From Setoptus koraiensis (taxonomy: Eukaryota > Animalia > Arthropoda), in contig CM106586.1 in the NCBI GenBank assembly GCA_048013815.1, forward strand, positions 19,344,001 to 19,408,000: a DNA stretch of 64,000 bases. Direction: 5' to 3'. A program made the translations under genes and the position numbers. Shown piece by piece: positions 21,855 to 35,700 of this stretch (position 1 is its first letter; the number at the start of each line of letters is the position of its first letter). Below the pieces are notes generated by a model. The model searched no databases and was not told the DNA's origin. It worked only from the letters and a program-made list of their open reading frames with translations.

Positions 21855-24800
21855 AGGGACGTGAAGAACCGATTCGAGCATGCGTTGAGAGCCACCAAAG
21901 TGGGGGACGTTTCGCAGTGTTGGAACGCTGGTAACTGCAATATTTGGAGTTTTCCTTCGCGAGAATTCTCTCATCCACGGGACGGGGCGAAATTTCTCGC
22001 GAAGCGGCATGGTGAGAGAAAAAGAATTGGTTGTTCTGTAGGTCGTCCCGGTGGTAATTAGTGTCGCTCTGCTCCACTAAAGGTTGTTCATACAATCAAT
22101 AATATCCAATAATGGAGTGCCTAAATCGGGCTGCATGTCAGCACGGAGGAGACAGGTTAAGAGGCGGCATGAAGCAGATCGGAAAATTAATTGTCTCAGT
22201 GATCCCTAAATTGGCGAGCACATGCCTCGTTGCGACCAATGTCCATGGCAATCGCTTTATTGGAGCGACACAAGAGAGTTGTACAAGTTGCATAACAGCC
22301 GTCCGAACAAGTGCGGGCCTGAATCGGCTCCGAATCGGGATATTCTGGCGTGGGCCGGCTAAAACTTGGATCGTTGTGCTGGCACCAGTGAAGCATGTCA
22401 TTTACTTAGTTGTTGTTGTTGTTGTTGCGTCATGGCGAGCTTGTGTTACAAGCTGGCCCGGTTATCATACATGAGCCGCATGTCGCATTGCATGAGGCAA
22501 TATGAGGCTGAAGCGAGCCATTGTTGTTGGTCTAATACACATAACAAGTATCATTTGACTAGAAATGGTGAAAGGTGGATAACTAGCTGACAGCATCATG
22601 AACGCTTGACCAGTCGACTGGTCAAGCGGCCGATTGGACAATCAAATCAAATAAGTTGGCCGGTCGGCTTATTGGCTGCGGCGAGCAGTTTGTTGGCGAT
22701 AGCGCCGCCGGCCAGCGTTGGCCACATGAACGAACCAATAGCTCATGAGCTGGCTATCGTGAGTTGAGCGTGTAAATGGCCGACGTTTCTCATTGTTACG
22801 CAATTTGACTGATCACCTGTTGTCGCGTCACTGTCAGAGGAAGATCAGATCGGATTGGATCAGGCCAGAGCTGACCGCTGAGAGCGATCAGTGGCTGGCG
22901 CACAACAAAAAATTGATTTTGCGCCAGCCCGTATATAGTGGCCGCCATTGTGGCGCGGCCACTATCTACGGGACAATCTGGCCACTAGTGCGAGAACTAC
23001 AGGTTTGGAGTGCGTAGAGCCGGTTGGGAGATCGCTGCGAGAATCGGCTGAAATGTGCCCGAGAATGATTGCGAAATCTCAACTGCAACAATATCCGCGC
23101 AGAGCCGCAGAATCGCTCGCCAGAGAATCGCCAATGTGTGTACAGCGACAGCGGCATGTTCTCACAACGGCCAGAGCCGGCTAACGAGAGCGCCATTCTA
23201 GGTAGGGACTAATCGCTGACAAACTGCATGCGATCGATTCATCTCGTCACGCTGACCATCGCGCTAACTTGCAGCCCTGGTCAGCCATTGGTCGACGGCC
23301 GATACGACGGCCGAGTTGCGCAACATAAGGACGAGAGCGAACTTGAGAGCACACTTGAGTGATTTAAATTGCACTTTTTTACGAGTCCATCAAGCCGGCC
23401 AGCGGCCGAGTGAAGTGGGCCGAGCGAGTGTAATTGAACAAGTCATCGACAAGTTTTAGTCGCTCGCTGCAAGCTCGCCAGTCGATTTAATTGTTGTCCC
23501 GCGAGATAGTTAATTGTTGTTCCTCGGCGAGGCGCGCTGATTCAACTGTGTGATACGGCAACAATCGACAATTGCCCAATCGCGCCGGCCGAGTTGCCAT
23601 AGGCAGGCGAGCGTGCGCCGCGAGGGCTCGACCCGTCGCTTTGTATTTGCACTAATGTTGTCGGCCGAACAAGTGCCGTCGAGATTTCAAAGCAACCAAT
23701 TTGTACATGAGAAAAGGTTAACAACACACCAGCAACAGCAGCAACAACCACAGCTAAATCATCGCGCCGGTGTGGACGACCTACCTGGGCGACTCACGCC
23801 GGCGAGCGTCGTGTCCGGCGAGCCGGCGCGCAGCGCGGCCAATTCATTAGATTACTGCACTGTTGCGTCGGGCCACAATAGTCATCGGATCTGACTCACC
23901 TTGTCGACACACAGGCGCGTTATTTGCCCAGTTCAATTGGCCAATAATTGTTGGCGCTGCTGGCCGCTGCATCATTAGCCACTCGCCAACAGCGACAACA
24001 ACTCGATCGAGTTATGTAATCTCGCCGCTGCAATCTCGCATTGTCAGTGGACGCAGTCTCAGTGGATGCGATCGGATGCGTAATGATGTAATGCGATGAT
24101 AATGACCCCGGCCGGCGCAGACAGTGCGTCTGGGCCGGCGAGCGTGTGTCGCAACAACAAACTGTGTCTCGCGGCGCCACCAACAGGCACGACAGTCATT
24201 AACACAATGGCCGGGCCACAGCAGTCACAAATTGATCATTAGCCACTAACAAGTTTATTGACAACAGCGACCATGACAAGTAAGCGACAGGTGAGCGGCC
24301 GAAATGAAGTGCCAACCGCGCGCCGCTGTCACCAAACACTCGCTTGCCAGATATCAAATATCTGTAACTTATGGACAACAAGTGAATTCGATTTGAGTAA
24401 ATCCGTGTGAATCGCCAGCGACAGTGACTCCGTGGGCATACAGTGAGCAATTGAATATGAGCAATGAGATATGGCAATTGTCAATGGCCCGAGCAAACAA
24501 ATGGAAACGACTGGCACAGGCGGGGCCAGTCGAGCACAGCTTGCCAGCGTTGCGTTTGATTGTTGCTTGCGATCGCTATAACGGCCATAATCGCTGTTAC
24601 GCAAGCAGCCGGCGGCGGCTCGGTGAGCATTTAAAATTTAAAATTTGAAATTTAAGATTGCGGCGCGCAATTGGAGTTGCGCGGCAGTTGGCGCGCTTGT
24701 TGTCGAGCTCAGCGCACTGCCGAGGGGCGACAGTGAAAATTGAACGCAACGAACCGAGAGTGAGCGCATAATGTGACATGCAATGGCGAGATCAACTGCT

Positions 24801-25159
24801 GGCCAACATTGAGCCAGTGGTCATCTTTGGCACTTGCGCACACACACACATTAGCAGCAGCGGACAGCGTTGCGTACGGGCCCACAGGTGAGCTCTTACG
24901 TTGCGTAAGTTACGCAATGGCGTGCGGTGTGGGACAGCGGCCTGTACATCCTGCGACCTGCAACTCACACATACCTGTAATGTGTGTTGCGCTCGCATTG
25001 TCGGCCATTGTGTATCATTACGGGCAGCATACATTGTCGGGTATGCTGTGTGTATTACGGTATGGCGGTGGTGCGTTGCGTGCAACAGGTGCTCGCCAAG
25101 CTCACAATGTTAGTTAGTGCGGCCAATTGGACAAAAGAGACTGGCGGCAAATTGTAAAC

Positions 25160-25790
25160 ATTGTTGCCTTGGCTTGTGGTGTCGTTGTTGTCGGTGTCGT
25201 TGTTATCGTTGCTGTCGTTGCTGTCGTTGTTGTTGTTGTCGTTGTCGGCTGCTGGCTGGCGTGCACTGGGCATTGTTGTGCCAGTTGAGCTGGTTGCGAT
25301 ACTTGTCAGGTGTAGTTGTCGGGTGTAGTTGTCGTGTGCAGTTGTCGGGTGCAGTTGTCGGGTGTAGTTGCCGGGAAGGGAAGCGGTGCCACGATGCCAG
25401 CCATTGCCAGACGGCCGGCCAGCCGCCTGCAAGGTCCAACAGCAACAGCGGCAACAACGGCAACAGCGCCAACAGCGCCAACAACAACGGCAGCGACAGC
25501 AACAACAGTAACAACAACAGTAACAACGACAGCAGCGACAGCGACGCCAACGACAACCATTCACAGACGGCAACAAGTTCAGCCGGCCGAACCATGGCTG
25601 AAGGATAGCTGCACAGCTGACTCACCGCAGTTTCACCGACAACAGCAACAGCAACAACAACACCAACGACAACAACAACGACAACAGCAATAACAACAGC
25701 GACAGCAACAACGACAACAGCAACAGCAACAGCGACAGCAACAACAGCAACAGCGACAGCAGCAACAGCAACAGCAACAGCGACGCCAAC
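25160..25790. repeat. Compound trinucleotide (GTT/GTC, then CAA/CAG) low-complexity region with a 13-bp repeat at 25310-25374
   Basis: Direct reading. Confidence 0.85.
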
Positions 25791-27272
25791 AATTCAGGAT
25801 GTTGCGAACAATACGAACGCATTACATGATTACGTAACATGAACCCAATAATGATTGTTGTGCGCATTGCAACATGTGCCGCCCCCTCCGTCAGTGTGGC
25901 CAACAGTGTAACATGTCTGACAATGTTGTGAATGTTGTTGTGAATGTTGTTGCGAATGCAATGTTGTGGCACAATCACATGTATACTAGCGTATATGGCT
26001 AGCGAGTACATAACAATGTGCGCTGGCTAGGCCAACAAATACACAAAACGCGGCTCAACTGACACACACACTGTGTCTGTCATGACTCATGAGCTGGCTG
26101 ACTGGCTGGGCTCACCTGGATTGGGGGCCGCGCTCGTCGGAGGCAGGCCGGCGGGCAGCAATGCGAGGGGGCCGTGCTGACATTGTGTCTCATGTATTGT
26201 ATTATATATAGCAGTGAGTGAGTCACACAAGCGTGGCAATCGAGAGTTGACAAGACTCGCTGTCGCAAGTCACAGGCAGCTCACATCGCTCGTGAGCCAA
26301 CCTTGGAATTGTTTCGAGTCGCCAAGTTCGAGTCTGCGAGTTCGAGTCTGCGAGTTCGAGTCTCGAACTTCGAATTTCCAAGTTCGAGAGCGGCGTTCGT
26401 CGGCGAGAAAGCGCGCACACAGTCCGGCAATTGTTACACACTGACATTGTTGACTGCGAGACTCTTGCCTGGCCTTGCTGTTGCGAACGCTCGCTCTCTC
26501 GAACGCTCGCTGTTGCTCTTGTGAGCGCTCGCGAACTCCAGCGAACGCTTGCCAACTCCAGCGAACGCTCCCCTCGCGAAAAGCGAGCAGAGAAGCCGAG
26601 ACTCACGTGAGACGCAGGCTCACGCGGCGCACCGTTGCGAGACCCGCCTAGCCGGCCGGCACAGCCCGCTAAGGAGCTAAGGAGCCAAGGAGCCGAGCGC
26701 GGCCCAGCCCGCGTCACACACCAGCGACAGTGCGATTGCCGTTGTCGGCCTGTTATGCAAACGGACAGCGACGGCGAGCTTGTCGTCCGGCCGGCCGGCC
26801 GGCCCGACTTTTTCACTCCGACACACACTGTATCAGTGCACACACTCTGTCAGTGCACACACTCTGTTGCGTAACACCGGCGGACTCCGACACACACTCT
26901 GATTATGAGAGTCTGATAGAGACTCCGAGACGCCGACACTGCAACACCCCGTTCAGTCGTTATCATTATTTTCATTATCCGGCCCAGTAATGAGTTGCTA
27001 GTTGGCAGCTGATTCGCACATCGCCAGCGACAAGCGCATTTGCATTGTCTCGCCAACGGCGCTCGTCGCAAGCTCGCAGCTCAACCGCACACACTACGAG
27101 TCACATAATTACCATCGCTCCGCGCTAATCAAGCCCCGTCGTCGCTCACGCTCGCCCGGCGCCCGACCCATCGTCCGACGAACCGCCCGCGCTCGCGCAC
27201 CCGACAAACCGCGCACCCGAGTCGCACAGTCGCGCCCGACCGGCGACAGTCGCAACAAGACGCCCATCGAGC

Positions 27273-27400
27273 GAATCCATTGAATCCATCGAATCCATTG
27301 AATCCATCGAATCCAGTGAATCCATTGAATCAAGCGAATTCAGCGAATTCAGCGAACCCAGCGAGTCGAGCGAAGCGAGCGAACAGAGTGAATCGAGTGA
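27273..27400. repeat. 9-bp tandem repeat with progressive sequence drift (GAATCCATT to GAATTCAGC to GAATCGAGT)
   Basis: About 14 units read directly. Confidence 0.88.
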
Positions 27401-27520
27401 GGCCAACTCGGCGCATCTCAACGCTTTTCGGCACGATATTCGACACACGACCACTCAATAATTGAATATAAAACACAATAATCGCAACTGCAATCGTAAC
27501 TCGCTCCCACGCACTCACAG

Positions 27521-27950
27521 CAACGCCACCAGCCCGACCACAGCACCGAGCCGGTCCAACTGGGCGAGTCCGAGCGCCAGCGCGTCACCCACTGGCTCAA
27601 CAGCAGCAACCGACCCAGCGGCCCCGTAGTGGCCAGTCCAACGGGCGCATTTGTAGTGTCCAAAGCGACAGTGTCGCCGCCACCGGCAACCTTGAAGCGC
27701 GTCGCTAGCGGCAGCGCCATCAACGACATCGCCAGCAAGCACCCGAGCAGCAACAACAACCACAACACCGACAACACCGACAACACTGACGGCAACACTA
27801 ATCGCATCAAGCCAAGCGGCAACAGCAAAAACGACAACGACAACACCCACACCGACCACACCGACAACAAGCACGGCAACCGCAGCCTCGTAGAAGCCAA
27901 CCAGCGGCGACCAGACAACCAGCGGCCAGCAACCACAGCGACGCCGGCGG
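27521..27950 (+). CDS. Probable internal exon of the MDM1-like gene (low-complexity S/N/T-rich)
   Basis: Acceptor CTCACAG at 27520; donor G|GTAAGT at 27951; open frame; phase 1 matches the acceptor at 32719. Confidence 0.6.
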
Positions 27951-30900
27951 GTAAGTAACGTAGTGTCCATGAACAGCTGACAGTGCGCTCGCCAAACAGC
28001 GCCCATTGCGTGGCCGCAATGGGCCACGGGAGAGCTCGCCGGGCCCGTGGGCCTCGCCGCGTGGGCCGGGCGGCGTTGCGAGCCGGCTCGCGCTGCCCAG
28101 GGAGCGAGCCGGCGCCGACGAGAGAAGCCGCAAATCAGGGGCGCCCAGAGGCGCGCTTTGCATGGCGCAAGTTTCGCGAAGCGAGTCTCACGAAGCGGCG
28201 AGCGGCGCCGCATTATGCCGGGCCAGTTGCGTGCGGACAACGAAGCGAAAAGAGGCCAGCGAACGCCGGCCCGAAACGGCAAAGGCTCGCGTGCTCAGTC
28301 TCGCCGAGCGCCGAGTGGCAACATGCGGGGCCGACGCCCAAGTTGTCACAGGCCGATCAGTTATGCAAAAGCCCCCTGTATAAAGCCACTCCGCGGCCCG
28401 GGGCACAGCATGCAACGCGCAACATGCAACGTCCGACGTGCAACGTCCAGCGCGCACCGTCCAACGAACGCTCGACGAACGCTCAACGGGCCCCAGAATG
28501 TGGCGCGAATGTCGCCGGGGCGCTGGCTGGCGCTGCTGCGACAGGCAGCCATTGTTGCGACATTCGACGTTGCAACCCCGATTGCGGTCACATTGCGGCT
28601 AGATTCGCCAAGCTCGCGTGCATCGGGGCCCCAATCGGGGCCGGCCGAGGTTGAGAGGCGCGCCTGTTTGTGCCACCATGCATCATGTTTGGCCGCATGC
28701 TGCCAGCACTGTGATGCCAGTAGGACGGACTGGCATCAGGGAGGTCGCCCTCGCAGCTTCCATTTGAACGCGGCACGGCCGAGCGGCCGGCCGCCGCGGA
28801 GTCGCCCGCAGCCAGGTGAGCCGCTCAATCATGTTGGCATTGATTAGAGTTGCCAGTGGCGACGCGCCAATCACAGGCAGCGCGCCCATCACCAGTAATT
28901 ATCTGGATATATCTGGATCGCACACACACACACGGATAAAAGTGGCGTGCGAGTCGCCACTTTCGCCCGCCCGCGACACGGCTCAGCGTGGCTCGGCGCG
29001 GCCCAGCGTGGCCCAGCGCGGCTCGCGGGCCGGGGCCCCGCATTCGGTGTGGCCAAAACAAGTGTAAATTTTGCGAGCACACACATGTCATATCGCACAT
29101 CGCGTTCGGTGGCGCCGCGACAAACTGACACAGACGCTTGATGCAAGCGCCTCTGACAGCCCGGCTCGCGCATTTCAGCAGTAATACGCTGGCCACCATA
29201 CCTGCGAGCGCGAGAATGCCCGCGCGGGCCCGTCAAGGCCACGCTAAAAAATAAAACGACGCACGCAAGACGCACCCATGATCGGGTCGCCGCTTGAGGG
29301 CCGGCTGTCCGTCGAGAGCGCGGGTGCGTTCGTGCACGACAGATTGTAGATGCGTCCACAGATTAGGGCCGCGCGCCTCCGATCTAAAGCGATCCGACAT
29401 GAGCGATCATCGCCGGCTAACGAGCTCGCCCGGGCCCGCTCGATGCTAGCCCGTCCGTCCGGCCCGCTCGATGCTACCCCACGCCGTCCGGGCGGCCGTT
29501 GCGTTGACCCGTCGTGGCTCGCTGTTGCGGGCTCGCCGCACCGGCATGTTGTGGCGGGCTTGTGGCGGGCCTGCGGCGATGGGCGTTGCTAGGTTCGGCT
29601 AGCCGGCCGGCGCTGTGCGCTCGAATCGTGCCGGCCGGCCGCGCCGCATTGCGGGCCGGCCAATCGCGGCGGCCAGGGCAACAACTGCTCCAAATGAGCC
29701 AAACGCAAGCTCGGCCCAAATCGCAGTCCGAACGTTTGTGCGCCCGACAAGGTCAGGCGGTCACTCCGGCGGACGTGTTGTGGGAGACAGCGCCCGCTCA
29801 CACAGTGAGACTCGCAGTCTGGCTCGAAGCCGGCGGAAACAGCAACAACAACAAGCCGCTAATAACAATTACCCTTTGCTCGAGCTGCTTTTGAGCTCGA
29901 GCTGCCCTTTTGCTCGAGCCACGCGCATAAAAGCGCAAACTTGCTCATTGCAGCCCTAACCCAACAACGGCCACATGATACAAGATATAACTCAGCAACA
30001 GCCACACAGCAGCCGCATAATGCGACCCAACGAGCCGGCCCGATAATGACAGCCGGCCCGGTAATGACAGCCGGCAGGCTAGTTAGCGCCGGGCCGGCGC
30101 TAAAGGTAACTCGCAATTGTTGGCCGGGCGGCTTGTATCAGCGTGATTATTTCCTCGGCCGCATTCGCTATTCATCAATGCGAGACACACACACAATTAA
30201 AGTGCTGCCGCACCGACAACAAATTGCCAGCCAACTCGGCGAGTTTGCCCGACCGAGCTCATAATCGGCGCGCTCGGCAGTTGCCATCGCAACCGAGCTC
30301 CGGAGCGCAACAGAGGTCAAACTGGCTGCTCGCTGTTTCATTCTTCGTTTCGTTTCTATGGCAGTCGCACGCAAAGCAAAATTATCTTTCTTGCCCGGAC
30401 GCATCTTGATCCGGCGGCCCGATCCCGTCGCTCGATTGCAGTCGCCTGATCCGCCAGATTAGCGCGCACATTGGGCCGCCCGCGATAGGGCCGCCCGCGA
30501 CAGGGCCGCCGCAATCGGGCCGCGTGCAGCCCGCTGTGTGAGCCAAGCCATCAGCGACGGGCGCTCCAGTTGACGTCGGGGCGCCCGCTCGCCGGTATAT
30601 CGACGGTAATGGGCAATTTATGCTCGCGCGACAGCCTCATACCTGGAAGGGAACGTTATTTGTTGCACCTGTACGCTTTCCATTATGATCGGACGCGATT
30701 ACGCACGGCGCGCGTTGCGCGCCGGGCTCGGGCGGCCGGCCCGCCGCCGGCGCATAATACGCGCCACAGCCCATTACTGGCGAGCCCGTGTTGCCCACAT
30801 ATCTTGTCACTTGGGGCGCAGTGTAAAATTTGCGGCACGTATCAGACGAGTTGCGACAAGGGAAGAGGAAGCACTCGCGCATCGGCCTAGCCGGCAGTGT

Positions 30901-32719
30901 TGGCAGTGGCTTGTCAGACTGTGCGCCCCAGAGTGGCAGTCGCTTGGAATTTGCGCAGCCTTACTCACATTATGTAAGTTACATAACGAGTTACATAACA
31001 GCTCGGTGTGTGCGTAAGGCCAAGCTTTTGTTGTTTTTGTGCGGCACGGCTTATTTGTTAGCTAGCGGGCGGAAGGACACACTTTTGCCAGTGGAACGTA
31101 ATCCAGAGCTGTTGTCATTGGACGCATCACGGCGCTCGGGCTGCCGGGCGGCCTTGAGCCGGCCTCGGGCTGCCAGCGACAGTCGCCTCGCTCGGCTTGC
31201 CGAGTCAATTATGGAATTACTTGTTTGTTTGTGTGTGTGTGTGTGTGTGCCGATTGCGCAATTTGTGTCTCGGCACGAAACTCGTCTTCGCGTTCGCAAC
31301 TCGAGCAGTCGTCTCTGTGTGTCGAGCAGTCGAGCTGGGCCGGCTCGCCGGTCGCCTCTGTGCCGGCCTCGCGGCGAGCGGCCGTCGGCGCGACCGAGAC
31401 GCGGGCCCGCCGGGCCCCGCGCACGCGCGCAACAAGAGCGAGGCGCACAGCTCTTGTTGCAGCGCGCCGTTCCCGGCCGCCCCCGGCACTCGCTTGCATC
31501 GACACTGTCGGGCCGGCACTCGCTTGCATCGACACTGTCGGGCCGGCACTCGCGCACAGCGGCCGCTCGGTCGCCTCGCTGAACATATTGATGCCGACAC
31601 GCGGGCCGGATGTGCGCGCGAACAGCCGCGCCCGGCACAATTGATTGCGCCGGGCGCGCCAAGGCCGGCGCCAGTGTGCACAGCTGACTACAATGTACAT
31701 TGGTTGTTGTGACGTAAATAACGCGACAACGCGAACAAAGTGAGTGGCAGCCCGAACTGGAGAGCGGCGAACTAGCGAACGAAATTAGAGTGTGTGCGCG
31801 AATTACACACACACGCATGCATACAATTGCTTGCATAACTAGCGAGAGGGGGAAGGCACTTGTGGATAGAGGGGCGCCCTTTTTGAATTTACAACGCCAC
31901 AAGCCGGCCACTGGGGGGTGGGAGCGCCTGCCCCTTTCTCACTGTTTATGTAAGCAATTGTACAGAAATTGTATGGCTGGTCGCACAATATTCGGTGTGA
32001 TGCGCGCAGTGGTTTCGCTCGGTGCGGCAGAGTGTGCGACAGTGCGCGCCACTGTGAGAGCGACGCCAGCTCCAAATTCGGCGGTGCGGCGCCGGCGAGA
32101 AACGCCGCGCGACATTGCCCAGCGCAACACCGGTCAGGCTGGCGAGCCGCCGGTGAGCCGGCGGCCAGTTGCCACCGAGTCACTCTCGTGGCCGGCCGAC
32201 AGTGTCGATGCAAACGAGCGAACTTGCCGCAGCCCGGGGGAAACAGCGGCCGGGCGAGGCAGCGGCCAGGGGAGGCAGCGGTGCACAGGGTAAATGCGTG
32301 CGCCACGCCCATTGCGACCGCCGCCATTATAGAACAACTGTAGCTGTGCGACGGCCGCTCACGAAGCCAGTGTGCGGCGAGCACTGAGCGACTGCATTAT
32401 TTCACAAGTTGCCCGTTTGCGATACACACACACACACAGGCTGTGTCTAATTATTAATTATATCACCGTCGCCATTACAATTATCGTTAATATTATATCA
32501 CTAACTTCGTCTCATTGCTGTTATTACCATTATCGTCATTATTATCATCGCAAATATACCCGCTAACATCACACGAATATCGCCACTGTCGTCGCAAATA
32601 TCGCCGCCATTATCACACAAAAACAAAAATATCAACAACCCATGCGGCCAGCGTAGTTGTAGTTTGCACACACAGTGTTAGATCAGCGCCCGACGCTCGC
32701 ATTTACATCACCTACATAG

Positions 32720-35700
32720 CGTCGCCAGCGCCCGCAGTGTCTAGCGCCCCAAACAGCAGCGGCGGCCAGCCAAAACAAACAGTCGCCCCCAGCGAACCCA
32801 CATCAACGCCATCGCCAGCCACCCATATGAGTGAATACAAAGAACAGTTCAAGTGGCAAAATGGATCTGCATCTCCCAGTATCGTCAATGTTAGTGCGCA
32901 AACAACCAGCCCGTACGGGCCCCTATCTCTAGATAATCCGGCCGCCTCCTACCTGACCCAGTACAAGATCAAGTCGCCGGTGTCGCCCGCATCATCCACC
33001 ACCACAACCACCTCGTCGTACGTCACAGACTCGGTGGTGTCGTCCAGCGCCCACTTGGACGACGCCAGCAGCGATTATCAGCGTTTCAACTACTACCAGC
33101 GCATCAACAACAACAACAACAACAACCACAAAATGGACACCAGCAACCTGGAGATAGCTGCGCCGGCAGAGCACGGCAGTGCGGCCATGCGCTCGTCATC
33201 GTCCACGCACGACTTCCAAGATGACACCACATCGGAATACACCAAGCAGTACGCCTGGCCAGGCAACTCGTCGTCGTCGTCTCACTACAATGCAAACACT
33301 AACATCGAAAACAATCAGTACTCTTATCATAATATCGACCAAGCACCAAATCAACATCAAATTGTCACATCGCCCTCTAACGACACTCTCGTGCTGGGCG
33401 CCGCCGGTCTGGCCAGCTCAGTGGAGCCCAGAACTGGCCAAAATTATCATTTGAATAGGCGCGATCTGTCGCCCACGCCCAAACAGCAATCGGAGAGGCC
33501 ACACATACTAGTGCCATCCACTGCTGCCAGCCCAAGCAATAATTATGTCGAATCCGCAACCATAACAACAACTACCCGAACAACGTCAGCAATTAGCGCT
33601 CACAATGATCTCAGGCAACAACCAGACAACCAACAAAGTCAACAACAGCAAATAAGCGATCATCTAGAATCGTCAGTGCAATCTCGCAATAATCTCGTCG
33701 TAAGTCCTGTCTCGTCATCGTCGCAATCGTCGCAAAACAACCATAGCAATACCAACAATAGTCACATTAAAGGCTTCAAAACTGAATATAAATCTAAATT
33801 TAAACCATTCACCGAGTATGTTTATAATGAAAATATGGATGAATTTGCCAAAGTACCAGTGTCACAGCAGCACCATCCTAATAACGCAGATGAACAGCAT
33901 GAACAAATACAGTCATCCAGTGATCAACCCACTACATTGAGCCAGTACGAAGGGGCAGCCATTGAGGCGGCCTCATTGGCCGGCGGAGAGCAAGAGGGCG
34001 TCTATCCCTGGTACAGGGAGGTGATCAAGCGCAACGAAAAGGCCAACGAGTATAGATTTAAATCAGAAGTGGGCCATAATGCACCCATATTTCTAAACGG
34101 TGATGATCATTCCAACAATAACAATCAAATCAACAAATGCGACCCGGCTCATCTGAACAACAAAACCAACAATGGTTCAAAAGATTCCTCAAGGTCCACA
34201 TTTAGATTTACACCAAAGGATTACAAGCATGACCATTTAATATCACAGATGGCCAAAACAAAACCAACAACAACAAGTATAAGCACTAGTCAGGTCAGAA
34301 GTAAAACTTCTACTACACACACTAATGGCTCATCCGCTATCACTAAAAGAAGCGTCACCTCTTCATCAGCAACCACAACTGGACCATCGTCGAGGTCCGG
34401 ACTTGTTCATAAAAAAACCGACTCAACGGCCACCAGCGTAGCTAACCGTTCACGCAGTCAATCTGTCAGACGACCCCAGACAACCGGGCCGCCAAACGTT
34501 CCAAATTCAACCAATAACTCACCTTTGAAAACCGCCAAAGTTGTGCCCGCTTCAAGACCAGCTCCACAACAACAAGCTACAACAGGTAGAACAGGAACCA
34601 GCTCAGCCGTTTCGCGAGGAACCGAGCGAGCAACTGCCCGTCGGGTAGTCGCCAGCAGCACTAATTCAAACACAGCCAACAACACTACTTCATCCCCTCT
34701 AAAACGTCGCACCCCATTGGCCCCGTCTGCGACATCCGTCGGAAGTGCACGGAGTAAATCTAAACCTCCTGAGCAAGTGAAGAGTTCTCTGACTGCTAAT
34801 CGTGTCAATGGACTGGGCGCTGCGCGCACCACCACCTCGACGACCACTCGTGCTCCTAACAGGTCAGCTAATTTGCCCCCAAAGCAGGCAACACCATCAA
34901 GTGCCGGAAGGGTTCCAGCTAGGTCGACTGGAATGACCACTAGGAAACCAGCATCAGCACCGAGCGACACCGGTAAAGATAAGATGGCCGCTAAAACTCT
35001 CGTGACACCTATGCTGGGCAAGAAGAACTCACTGACATCCACAAATTCGATCAAGCCAGTGGATAATGTCCGAGATGAAATATCACAGGACAATGTGGGT
35101 GATCATGAGGCCAAAGATAGCAAAATTGATGAGCCCCATCAAAATAATATTGTTAGTGCTGTTGAAAACAATACAGGCATCGAAAATATTGTTCATTCTA
35201 ATCAAGACCAAGTATTGAACGAAGACACGTACAAACATCCAGAGAAATCCGGAGTGGAAAGTCACGATGAGGTCCCTGATATTAATCCAACTGTAGATAG
35301 CAAATCAGAAACGGATGAAATTGAAGGAAAAGAAGAAAAAGAAACTGATAGCATCGATGTTGATAATATTGAACATGTAGATAAAGTTGAAACTTATAAA
35401 TCAGACTTGGGTAATCAAAACACACAAGATAATACATTGCGAAAACTTTCAGGTATTGATAATGAGGGTTTCGAAGGGACAAATAACCAGGGAGTCGAGG
35501 AAAATCTGGAAGGACACCAGCACCTCGAAGAAGATGAACGAGATCCAAAATTAGGTGATGATGTCGACGTGTCTGAACACCACGTTGAAGCCGAGCAAGA
35601 TGGTTTAAGGTTTGACGGAAATGATGAGCTGACCCAACATCTCAGTGAAGCGGGAGACAATGTTTTAAGACTTCAGAATGATGTCGCTCTCACTCAAAGC

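Noticed and set aside
26325-26365. GTTCGAGTC words resembling a Pol III B-box (tRNA or SINE)
   Set aside because: A 14-bp tandem repeat with no A-box, cloverleaf or poly-T terminator.
22000-32500. Numerous 60-290-aa ORFs on both strands
   Set aside because: R/A/G/P/C-rich translations of GC-rich, repeat-laden intron DNA, overlapping in several frames; only 27521-27950 has paired splice sites.
32515-32719. N-terminal 68 residues of the 2085-aa ORF
   Set aside because: Non-ATG start in (TTA/TCA)-rich sequence upstream of a TAG acceptor; probably intronic.
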